From positions 186,001 to 250,000 of the forward strand of contig JAQGDQ010000198.1 of assembly GCA_030141605.1 (NCBI GenBank): 64,000 nt of DNA, given 5' to 3'. This stretch comes from Tubiluchus corallicola. Its lineage: Eukaryota; Animalia; Priapulida. A program made the translations under genes and the position numbers. A model generated the notes under the pieces. That model was not told the DNA's origin, ran no database searches, and saw only the letters and a list, made by a program, of their open reading frames with translations. Of this stretch, positions 1-13,300 are shown piece by piece (within the stretch, counting starts at the first letter, position 1; each line of letters opens with the position of its first letter).

Positions 1-1387
1 CTTCCTCAGTTAATTTTATATGGTTTTATTCAAAAATCTATAATACACATTGAATGATTAGATCATTATGGGAAAAACAGATCCACAGGGAATAACAAGA
101 CTACCAAAGCGTTTCTTCGAGAATGCTGCTTGTAGTAATTTTTATTTCTCGGTCTACAATGTCACTAAATATTATTCATAATATACTGACTATTGATATT
201 TACGGACAGTTAAATATAAAAAAATGCATCTATATTATAACGAATGATACTATATGCATTTCTTCTAGTTTTGCGGCAAAAGTCCAATATCCTAGTCCTA
301 TTAACAACACCTGATGGTGAACAATACCCAGTTAATTATAATGGTGCACACTTAGAAATGGATGTTATATCACACAGCAAAACAGTTCACTGGTCGATAA
401 AACGACATACTGTGCACACGTTCGTCGTGACCATAGACAAACAACACTTCACTACAATAATATAGGCAACAAATAATGACCGAACACACAAAGAAATCTA
501 AAACCACACGATAAAGAATAATAAATAACCAAGCTGGTACACTGAATAGTTTGACGAAACTGTTCGCTTTAGATTGTACAAGAAAGTACGTGCAAGAAAT
601 ACTTCGGGGTGAAAATTTTTATCGTTAGCGTTGCTTTATCGTCGCAGTTTTTTTTGTTTTTTTTTTTTGATGCGGGTCTTTCGCAGTAAAAAATACTGGT
701 ATCATCCCAGTCATAGACGCAAAAAGAAAAAAGTGTTTTCTCCACTTAATTTATGGAAACTTTTTGCAACGCTATTTTGATATAGAATACAAGCTTTAGT
801 TCATTTCTAACAATTCTCAAAACATATTTCCCAAGCATTCACATAGGTGCAACAAACATTTCGTTATAGTCACGAAAATCTAACACTTATTTCAGAATAG
901 CAAAGAAAGTGAAGAAACGTCAGATTAAGGTTTGACAAAAGGACATATAAAGGTAAGTTCACAATGAGCACTTGCGACATATGAGTGCACAAAAGATAGA
1001 CTATCTATAACAAACAACCCCTTATTTGGATAATACCTCTTTAAATGGAAATAACTTTGAGAAAACATCCTTGCGTTTCTAGAAAATTATAGGAAATTGC
1101 AAAATGACAAAAAGTTAATAACAAACCCTAATGTCTTGTTACGACACAAGTCATAACTAGGCACTAAACAATTACAGCAATGAACTTGTAACAAATCTTT
1201 CGAGGACACGACATGTTCATTATAATAAAATTTATTGACGATTTACAAGCCATGCAATTGCAATTGCAATTACAAGTTACAAAACATTACATAAACAATG
1301 CAGTACATTACAATGAAGAAAAAAAACTACACAGACAAAACCCCGCACATGGGGTATAATCGTCAACACAATACACAATAAAACACA

Positions 1388-1389
<2 letters not shown>

Positions 1390-1477
<88 letters not shown>
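1390..1477. repeat. (AAT)n microsatellite
   Basis: About 29 perfect units. Confidence 0.97.
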
Positions 1478-3133
1478 GTAAACGGTATTTACAGTGGTTA
1501 AATATTTCAATTATATTATATTATGTTAAGTTATTTTACAAAGTTTAGTACACAAATTATATCGTTATTCGTATATGTTAATCAGGTATTTCTATTTAGG
1601 ACAATATAGGTGTTACGTCATCGATCATGTACTGTGGCCTAGCAGCTTTTCAACTGAATGTTTTAAAGCAGCCTGCAACCTCATCGTTAACGAGTTAGCA
1701 GGTGTCATAGGTACAAAAGTACGTGGAATGTTCGAGCATTATTTCAATTTAATTACATTCACGAATAAAATATTTTGGTAGCTTTTGCTAGTATAACTAT
1801 ATGTAATTATTAATTTTTCAAAAATGTCCGTTGATTTGAAATTCAACACAAAAACTGTGCAAAATAAGAGCTAATTACGTTACGCTAACTTGATGTTATC
1901 GCCATATGCACAAGAATTCAATCTAATCAATTCAGCGCCTTTTTTCAGACATGAACAGCAACTCGGAACCGAACGAATTCCTTGACATCGATTTTTATAT
2001 TATACATATCAGAGACTATAAATTTAAAATTGTGACTTGCAGTAGATTAGTATTGCGTTTAGCAATAAGAAGAGCTTTGTTTGCATTGATATTTTGCATA
2101 TTATATTTTATAATATTAGTGATTATGTCAATGAATTGAAAATAACAAGTTGATATACATGTATCAGAACTAATTTATCCATCTAAATCTTATATTGCCC
2201 GAATTTCTAGTTAATGACAGTTACAACTTGTTGTTTTCATTTTAGGTGTATGTTTGGCACTGATGCCACAGTTAGTACTGTTATATTAATTATTAACTTA
2301 AATTAAAACAAATGAAATTATATATTAAATTATTTAAATAATTATTAATATTATTTATTGCTATAAATTATTGATTAATGAAAAATAAAGTTTGAATTCA
2401 AGCATTACAATGTACTGGCTTCAGGAAAACGTGTGTGCGCGATTGGTCTGTCACTAATGCCGCTACTGAAAAATAACATATAATTTTACTTTCTGCCTGT
2501 GTTGTTCTTTAAATGATGTTAGATATATGTATATACATATATACATACGTAATGTATTTTAAATTAGACCTTCAATAAATGTATCATACAAGCATTTCAT
2601 TTAGAAAGAAAGCAGAGTAATTAGTTAATAACAAAGTGATAATTCTTATCGACAGAATTGATACAATTAATAAAAAACCCCACAACAAAAACGTCCCATT
2701 TTCTTCTTTTTATCTTCACTGTAGGGTTTTTTATTAACTGCAACTTTGTAAACAATAAAAACAACTTTGGAAGAAGGCTAGCCATTAAATAAATAATAAA
2801 CTGGGCATACATAGACCACGAAGATCAAAATTTTCTTAAATGCATGCGTAAGTAAAAGTGTTGATCTCACGCAGAAGAGACGATGCGAATAAACATTAGC
2901 ACAGAACAAGCCAAGCGCATTCAAGAAAACAAAATGACGGAAAAGTAGGCGATGAAAATAGTTTGAAGAATGTACCACATATATGAAAAACTTTAACAAA
3001 GGTAAAGTAACACCGGAAAAAGAATAAAAACTGATAACTCGAGACACGAATGCACTATTCAATATTCAGAACTAAATCTTGAAATAAATTACACAGTCTA
3101 ACCGGTTGGGTTCGCATCAAGTTACGAGTTTAC

Positions 3134-3244
3134 CTTGAATGCATTTTTCTTGGCGATACTAGACTGTCGCACAAAAACGGGCTGATCTTGTGAAAACTGT
3201 TTAGTAACTCGTCTCTGTTGCGTTTCATAAACAACATCAGGCAA
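3134..3244 (-). CDS. Pde6: Probable PDE exon 6 (GAF-B insert)
   Basis: Pyrimidine tract, cag|[37 protein letters not shown]|GTAAAC; 111 nt, phase 0-0; no homology support. Confidence 0.55.
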
Positions 3245-6200
3245 CTGTGACAATAAAAACAAGAAATTAATCAAAATTGATATGCTGCTTTCATCTAACT
3301 CTTTTGATTGCATGTCTGTATTTCTCAGTACATTTAAATTAAAGGGTATAGTAATATAGCATGAATATAATTTCTAAACCTAGAGTCAGGTATCTTAATT
3401 CTTTTATGGTTTTAGTAGGTTTTCGTGCAAAACGTGTTTTTGATAAAGTAACTTTTCCAAATAAATAATACTCGTGTAACGTCAAGACAGCAGCTTTTCA
3501 TACTACGTAAAAGCATAGCGACAGAAAACATTGATTAAATAACAAAAACTATCATTTCTGCGCTAATCATGATTTTGACTGAAATTGTCACGGCGCATAG
3601 GTCGCGCGTTCAGTTCTAGCCTTTTCTAATTATTTATTAGCTTTATATTTTGTTTAACACTGCAGTTTTCCTCTTTCAAAATCCTTTTTTAACTTTAAAT
3701 ACATTTACTTTACTTAATATTTTCTGTTGTTCATAAATAATCTATGCACGACGATCTGTAGGTATCTACGTGGTTTTATGCTAGCTTGACCACCTGACTT
3801 CGCATTGGCCGTTAATTGGCCTCTTCGTAAAGCTTAAATAAGCTATATCGTTCTGTACGCACTGACCACATGTAGCTCACAAGTTATTTTGTGAAATGTA
3901 ATATGGGAAAATGTAATTTTTTCTGTGCAGTAATTGTGATAAAATCGAGTATATATTTACTTATTGTGAAGTGAAATCATAAAAGTTAACGTCAAAGTTA
4001 CGTTGTTGTGATAAAAAAGGTTTTATTAGGCATGGCTTATAATTATAGTAACTTCTGTTTTGATTTTGTTTTTATTCTTTGCAGAATTTAAATTTTGCTG
4101 AAGCTAAAATGATAAATATAAAAGTTAAATACACACGCTGGGGTACTACATTCTGGTAAGCGCTATGCATAGTTTATTCTGCAATATAAAAGCTGTTTTA
4201 TTAAGCTTTAGATTTTCTCTTTCTTTCTTTTCCTATATTAATCCGGATGTTGGCGTCGTCATCCTATCTTCAGTCCTTCCTAATAGGTCTCCCATTTTTC
4301 TATATTTTCTGCCTTCAAAATTGTAAAAGTCAAAATGACATTAATTTAAAGCAAATATAGAGATAACGCAACGTTCGCGACAGAAATTTCAAATTGTGCA
4401 TGTAAACTCCAACTGTGAATTATGTAGAGGCCAACATTTCTCGGATTCGCCCCCTTTCCCTATTTTCTCCCCTCATTTTTATTTCACAATATGTAGCTAC
4501 TTCCTACAGAGAATTTACTTTATGAGACATCCAACTTACGTAACTTTAACAGGCGTACTACAATTATCCCAAGCCACCTGCATGGTAACTGTATGGTCTA
4601 ATTGATTTTAACTATGTAGCTGTGAGTGCGTTTTATGCACCCATGTTTTACGTAATGAAATATCTTTTTTGTACCCACTTATTTTATGTACATATTTATA
4701 TGTAAAACAAAAATATTTTACAATTAAAAGCAATTACCCTCGCGCGCCCAAATCAAGCTAGTTGACCGTTTGTGTCAAGACGGTAAAAACGGAATCGAGA
4801 TTTTCTTCACTTGCAGAAGGATAAGCAAACACAACCAGCTAACCTGTACTGCAAACCTTTGCAGTAGCAAAGTTACATCAAAAACAGGGCGATTTCGATT
4901 TTTACAAAAAAAAGATCAAAAAGCAAATTATTACACCTACTTGTACCTACATTAAAATCAGTAGCAAATTAACTGCAAAATTACACTCGGGCTAAGATTT
5001 TACATGGCAATGACTTTAATAGCTATTGATCCTGGACAATTAGCAACTTCGTTCTTAAAATGACATCCCAGTATGAGGCAGCACTATAACCCGTTTATAT
5101 CTTGTGTATTTCTGATTTTTATCGGAAAAGCGAAATTCGATCAATTGTCGCATGTTTGTGCTCGCGCGGCAACCATGTTTATTTTCTTGTGCCACAAACC
5201 ACAGACAAACACGCCGATGGTTTTTGTAAAAATAATTGCCATGCACAAGAATTGATTTATTGCGGTGCATTTTAAAGACAGCGTCCATAGTATGTAGGCC
5301 TTGCGCTACTAAATTTCATAAGATGAAACCCGTATTACACAGGCGTCTATACACAAAGGCACAGTAACATCTGCATGCAAACTTAATAATGCTCCTGAGA
5401 TTACATTAATCATCCGCATGATATGAGACATTCAGATGTTTACAAAATATCTGTCTGGCACAAACGTATTATAACATAATCCGAACCCGTCATTGCGGTT
5501 TTTACGTAAAATGCTACTGCTTATAGTTGTAGCTACGTTAATTATGGGGCCATTTTGAGTTTTTCCTTTTTGATTGTACAAAAAAACTTGTTAAACTATG
5601 TTTATTTGGTACAAAATAATAGGCCCTATAATAGTTGTATAGCTCTGCTGCTTTGAAGACGCAAAAAGAACAAATTTTCCGGGTAATGTAAAAACTAATC
5701 CGGAATGCGAAGCATTAGGTTGTTCGCTTATTGAGTTTATGTGCCCCAGCTACCTGGATGTGTCATCTAGAACGCCATTTATTGTTCTTGTAGAATGCAT
5801 TTAGCATTGTCATTTAGAACGCCCAATTAGCGTTGCCATACAATCGCCTTTGCCATAAAAATTTAGGATACGAAGTTACTCTATTGTGACGCCACGATAA
5901 AAAACTGGTTAAAAAGCTTATTACATGAACAACAACAACAACGAGAACGACAAAGAGACAGGCTTCACGGCGAAAAAATCTGTTTATAAGGTTACATCGC
6001 AACAAACCCAAAAAACCCGAAACCAAAACGAAGCGTTCAAAACAAAGCTACATCACACAGGGCTAATATCAGATTTTAGCATTGTCAACGATGTTAGCCA
6101 TACTACTGGAGCTCTCGAAGCTATGTCAAAGACTGGTTAAGATTTCCACTCAAAGTTTAATTATTATTTTTTTTTTATTTTTATATCGTCATTGTTGTCG

Positions 6201-9200
6201 TTATCATCGTCGTCGTTGTCGTTATCGTTATCGTCATCATCGTCATTTTCATCATCATCATCACCATATAGTTTTAAGCAATTGGAAGGCCACAATTTCA
6301 GAAATTATAATATATGGATAAGAAAATTTCGTAGTGATTTGGATAGACGGGTACAAATCAACTTAACCTCAGTAGCAATTTCCGGTCTTGAATTAAACTG
6401 TTTCTGAACGTGGCAAACTTAGAATTTGTCAAGTGAGATAGCATTTGCTGATTTATCATTTTGACCATAACAATTTTAAGCTACCATCATTTTCAAGCCG
6501 CTACGTACTAAGACGTAAATACAAAAGCTTTTTAAGCTTCTTCCTTAAATTATCATTTGCAGCGCAGATAACAACGCTTAAGTATGTTCAGAGGTTATTT
6601 CGTAACCTCGTGAAAAGAAGTCCCAAAGGCCTGAAGCGTTAAAAAGCCCACGGACGCATGGATCTTAAACCGTATACAGTGAGAAGCTTACAGAGTTTGT
6701 AAATGCTTGGTAGTCAATGTCTTTGTGCGAAAGATGAGTGAAGCTCTCTAGAAAAATTGATGTGTCTGAAAAGACGATTCAAGAAGACACCGAGTACAGC
6801 TATATGCATTCAATTCACTTTCTCACATTCTTGTGTCTTTGCGCAGAAACTATCGCGACGTCCTAGAATCGTCTTCAAATGGCATGAAATTAATTTATGA
6901 ACCCTCAAGTTTACTTTTGTATCATACCTCTAAAGTCTAAACATACAAGTGCAGAACCCGAAGCATATTCTTACCAGAATGCTTGTAATTTGACCTGACC
7001 TGGCAGACCTGCTCGTTCTTACTACTGGTTCAGTCCATCGCTGGGCCTGATCACACAGTAACATCAACAGACAGCATTAAATTCTGCTTATGTGACTTCT
7101 ATTGAGTACGTGCTTTTAATTACCATTTTTTTTACAACATTTCACAACAGTTCCCATCTGGACAGAAGTTTGTGCACAAGATTTAGAACTGTTAATCATT
7201 TGTGTCTGTCAACATAGGCGGTTGCAAATCGAAACCTACCACTTTTTCAATAGTGTCGTCTATTAGATAAACGCAACATCTTTGGCACTTGAGTAAACCA
7301 ATAGCCTCACGCATGATCTTCGTGATCAGCTTATCCAAATCAGTTTGTTCTTCAAATATACCTTTAGCCAGTTGCAACAATAACTAGAGAAAAACAACAA
7401 ATGTAAAAAAAAATTAGACGTTGTTTCTTTCTGTAAAGATTTTACAAATTTGGATATAGCATAGGGTTGTAACGCACTCGATCTTTTTGTCAAATTTATA
7501 GCTGTTAGCAGTCTGTTTCATGACTACACGTAAAAAATAAACGCGTTGTGACGTCTTGCAAATCTTCCTAGTAGTTTACAGGGCGGACAATCTGATTAGT
7601 TTAATCTTGTTAGGACAGTTAGGTATAATACAAATAGTAATGTAAACAACTGGCAAGATTAAAGCAAAACAAAGCATTGGTTTTTCTTTGAAGAAGCAAT
7701 GATTCAAGCTTGCAAGCGCTGTAGTCCTGCGTTCAAACTTAATTAAGATAAGTTCGGAAACTCTTAGGCTCCATTATTAAATTATTAAAGGAGAAGAAAA
7801 AGGGACTTTAAAGTACGTTCTCGAAAAAATTTCTACACAAAATTATATTGTGAATAAGAATTAATTATTAGTGATGTATATTAACTGCTGTTATTATATT
7901 AATGTAGTTAGTATCTGTGATAAACATGTATGTTCTTTCGATATTGCTACGTTCTCTGCTGCGTCATGTCAGGAGTTAGTAATTAGCGAACAACAGGCCT
8001 TCCGACAATAGATATTTACTAGTTTTGCAGAAATCGTGCCCATAGAAACTCTGTGTGCATATTCTGGTGTTATATACTACATCCACTGCTTATTAAGCAA
8101 TTGATATGTTATTGTGACTGGTGTTCCGGACTCAGTGGCTTGTAAATGACTAACTCGGTCTGGATGAGTGATGGTATAGGGATAGCCGTCTTAGCGAAGT
8201 TGTTAGTGAAGCTGCTGGAACACAAACTATCTTGTGTTGCTGTTGGTGGTACGTTATACCTATGATGATGATGACAAATTTTTATTTGCGCAATATATAC
8301 AATGCAAGGCCTCTATTTGCAGCCGGTAATTCTGCACTGTATCATGATATACGAGTATATACATACAACACGGTCAATTATAATTATGTCCTTAATACAT
8401 GCACAACAAACTTGCTTGTAAAACATTTTTGCAATTATTTATAATTGATGGTCCACAATAACAGAAGTCATACACTGGGATTATTTAGATTACACTATTA
8501 GGAAAATATTAAAAATGACAAACTTTTCTACATGCACGCTTTACTTACAAATATATAAGGTCAAGGACTTTTGCAAAAATTTGTGATAAAACCAGGATAA
8601 ATTTTGCATAGCTATACATATATGCATATAAATATATATACATATGGTGTGCGTGAGCTAAAATTTATATTGTGTTATGCATTTAACCCTTTTACATCCA
8701 TTTACAAACTGATAAGATAAAACCGTCTCTCGCAAAATTAACTAGAGCTTTATTTAATGCTTTTTGTTTTTTTAAACGTACACTAGTTATGTTTTCTCAC
8801 TGCAAGGTTTCTAATAGGTGTTTTCTTCGGTTAGTCTCTACTTTGCTGAATCTACATATTAGGTGTTCAGCTGTTTGAATTTCGGTGCCGCATTCACATG
8901 TGCTGTTATCCGTTAGTCCTAAACTATATAAAAATTGCTTGAAGTTTCCCTGTCCAGTTAAGAGACTTATGGTTGCTGATTTGATGCTCCAGTGGAAAAT
9001 AAGAGGCTCGATGTTGATTTTTTCCAGTTATACCTTGTTATACATAGTTGGACTAAGACGTTATACATGATGGACTGTCAGACATTTGTCATGTCTAGTG
9101 TGAGCACCTATTCAATGTTACTGTTTGAGTTTATAGCGTAATGCTTATCTGTTTGAAAAAAGCTTGTAACTGAAACAGAAAATTCTTTGCAATTTTTTAA

Positions 9201-10263
9201 GTTCGCACTAGCTGACAAAACGTCCCGTTGTGCTATCCCATTGAAAAAACGTCTCTGGTTCGGCAAAAATATTTTATTAACCCTATTAACAAGATAAAGT
9301 CATTCATGCTTTTGCATAGTGAAGAGTGCGCTACAAATGCTTTGATTATTTTTCGAACTTTACGCAATGTTACCTAAACTAGTTTCAAGCGACCTACTGT
9401 TAAAGTGGCTGCGCCTATAACTGTTAGTGCCGGAGTATAAATTTTCAAGTTTTTTATGACGTTGTTGCTCGTATGTAATAAGATAGCATGTATAAGCGAT
9501 AAAAAATTTCAAAGCGAATTTTTTAGCTTTATGTAAGAATAGTATTTTATTGTGCATTAGTAGAAAAAAACTTAATAATATAGGCTGTTGCATACGACAT
9601 TATAGTACAATCATGGCATCAAAAGAAAATAGTTTTTAATTCAGATATTTGCTCAATCAAACGTTTAGCGCCTAGTTCCGAAGTTTAGCAACGCCGGGTC
9701 TCGTTAGTAAATAGATAGCGTAATCACACGGAAAAAACTATTATTGGGCGGTTTCTTCTGCCATATTGACGTTGGCAATGAGTTCCTTTGTTGAGAAAAA
9801 CGTATGTGCCCCCCCCCCAAATAGTTAAGACATGTCTAGCAGTTTAGTGTGTCATCTGAGAAAAGTATCCATGATTTGCAGTAGAGTGATAGATCTCGGC
9901 TTGCAGGATGACAAACTATACGAAAAAGTAGTAATAGTTAAGGTTTATTTTAGTATTACCATATACGTAGGTCTGTCGGTATCAAGTTTGTTTACAATTA
10001 TTAATAAAATATATTAAAAACTCTGTTACCTGATTTCTTTTGTACTCTTGAACGGACATGTCAAAGAGCTGTGCATTTTGTATTCCAATCCCGCAAAAAG
10101 TGAGATAATTCTTGAAAACCTAAAATCAATCGGCTCGTTGACCAGTGAGTCAATTCGTCAGTTAATCAATCATCAATGAAGATACTAGTAAGTCAATTGC
10201 ACGGTCAGTTATAAAACAATAGGCGCTTTGATTATAGATTAGTTATTAAACACACACACACAA

Positions 10264-10347
<84 letters not shown>

Positions 10348-13300
10348 TGAAATACGTAGATTTTGAAACCGATTTAAGGTATATACTTTTAATTTTGATT
10401 CAAACTCTCGTAAAGATTTGATTTGTTTTAAATTTTGTGGCAGGGCATTCCAAAGTTTAACTGCTTGTTTAGTGATAGAATTGTTGCCGTTTTTGTTGCT
10501 AGTGTGTGTTTGTTTAATATTACTTGAACAACTGTGCAAATAAGAAAAATTATTCAACAAAATTAGCGTCACCTTCAGTTATAATGAATTTAATCTTAAA
10601 ACGATATACCTGTACGTCATGATCGGTAAATTCATGATTTCCCGATTGCTTATTAATAATTTGCGCAACTCCGATCACTTCCCCTTCATAATTACAAACC
10701 GGCATGCAGAGAATACTGTGAGTTCTGAAACCCGTCTGTTTATCTACCTCCTTGTTAAATCTAGGATCCTGAAAAACAATAAATGCAATTAAAACAAAGC
10801 AGTTTTAACAAAAGTACATTACAAAAAGAAGAATAGCCTAGCTTTCAAAAAGACACTTTCGTAATTGTGTCATGTTTCTCTTTGGCTGCATAGCGACACT
10901 ATAAGATCCCACATCAGTCAGTATGATTACAACATGCTAAGCTTCCAAATCATTCAGTATGGTTACAGCATGCTAAGCTTCCAAATCATTCAGTATGGTT
11001 ACAACATGCTAAGCTTCCAAATCATTCAGTATCGTTACAAGATTCTAAGCTTCCAAATCATTCAGTATGGTTACAAAATTCTAAGCTTCCAAATCATTCA
11101 GTATGGTTACAACATTCTAAGCTTCCAAATCATTCAGCATGGTTACAACATTCTAAGCTTCCAAATCATTCAGTATGGTTACAAAATTCTAAACTTTCCA
11201 ATTTTGTAGTTGGCGGTTTTGGCGTTATTTCTGCCATCACAAGCGAGAAGAAACGTAACAGCTGTTAATCTAAAAAGAAGGCACACACAATCACAGGTGT
11301 TATCATTGTGTCCTTGATTATTGATATCATTGATTAAGTGGTTATTTGCATAATTCTTAATTGGCATAATTACATTTTTACTTTTTTCAGGCTTAAAGAC
11401 GTATCATGTTGAAGAGATTTTATTTACTTGGTTTATATCTTTTAGTCTAAGTTTTTACACACGTTTTTAATTTGATTTACGGGCGATAAAATCGTCTACA
11501 AAATGGGCAACAACTGGTTATCAAAGCGACAAATGAGTTGTTGAACCATGTGATGCATTGGCTCACCAGTGATCTAAGAGGCTAACTGAAACAATTACAC
11601 TGTGACTTTGTAAGCCAAGAAAAAAGGACTCTTCCGAGACTGATGGCACAAATTCCGACGTCTACATTCTAAAGAAGAAAACCTTTGCAATTTGTAATTC
11701 GTAGATACATTCGTAAATACTTAGCATTTGTAGCATCTGTAAAGGAAAATTTTATAGTTGACATGTTTTAATATCTGAATCAAATGTTTAATTAATCTGA
11801 AAAATTTTGTACATATTATTGCGGTACTGAAATTTTCAATGATTTTGGTCAAACACAAACTAGGCCTAGATGTGCTCACATAGTTGCAAATATTCTTTCC
11901 AATGATTGTGATAAATATCAATAATATTAATTAATTAGCGATTTGGCGTACTGCTTAACAATTTTAACAATAGCAAGTGCATTTTTGAGGGGGTATTATT
12001 TTTGGCAGTCTATAATTTTAGTAACATTGTACTAGCTATACGTATATTTAATATTGTATATATGTGCATACGTGTAAGTGTGCGTGTGCCTGCGTATGTT
12101 CGTGTATGTGCGTGTGTGTGTGTGTGCGCGCGCGTGTATGTATGTATAATTGGTTAAAACATTGTCTGTAACTTGAGACCATTTATGTAAATGTGCATTT
12201 TAATATTTACGATTTAAAATTTAATCATCGTCATCAATTATTTTACGAATAACGTTATAAAGCAACATTGCTATTCAATTTCATTTACAGATATTATTAA
12301 GTGTCCATGGAGAATAGGAGAAATTTTACATTTACTTTCACCAGCCAGCCAGCCAACCGAACAGTCAATCAACCAACAGCCAGGCAGGAACCAACCAACA
12401 AATCAGCCAACCGACTAACAATCAAGCAACTAATCAGCTAACCACTACCGACCTATCTACCTACATAAACGCCTATATACCCACCTATCTACTCTACCCA
12501 TATGCCCATCTTTTAAACAATTACACAACTCAGAGTTCTTCACTGTTCAGTGTAAATCTAAAAATCGTTCCTTTTTGTGTACGCCAATCAAATTTACTGT
12601 AATAGTCTACCACACTATGCATAAATAGGCAGAAATACGCAGTTAATTAACGTCGTTGTCATCGTCATCATCAACATCATCATTGTCGTCGTCGTCGTTG
12701 TCATTGCTGCAATCATCACTGTCCTCATCGTCACCATCATCATTTTCATGATCTCAATCGTTGCTGTCTCTTTTTCTTCTTCTTGTTTCTCTATTTCCCT
12801 ACAATGTATGGTAGCAAAAGAACCATTTAAATACGTAGCGTTTCGTAAACTGAGATTCTGTAACGTAGAATTTTTGTCATAGCGTGCTAACTAAATAAGT
12901 AATTTTGACACGCGAAAATGGCTTTCAAAAGAACTTAAACATTTTATCCGGCAGAGCTGACGAATGTTTTACAAACAACATTAGATTTCCTCTGGACTGG
13001 TTTACTTATTCATTATTGATTTTTTTACAAAATAAGCCACCGACAACGCTTGTCTTGTGTCTAAAACGCATCTTTTAAATAATAATTTGCACTTAGCGTT
13101 TCTCACAATATGAGTACAAAGCACTGTATTGATTTTGTTCAATATAAATGCCAACGCATAAAGTCCTACAAATGAGACGTGTACTTTCTATTTTAAATTT
13201 TAAATAATTTTTCTGGGACAAAATAAAAGACATATTCTAATAAAAACACCAAAGAAGAATCATTTTTAAGAATTGTTTTCCGATATTTACTTGGTCTAGC

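Noticed and set aside
10919-11201. CRISPR-like 36-bp repeats and the 114-aa repeat ORF
   Set aside because: Units are directly adjacent with no unique spacers, there are no cas genes, and it lies in a eukaryotic intron
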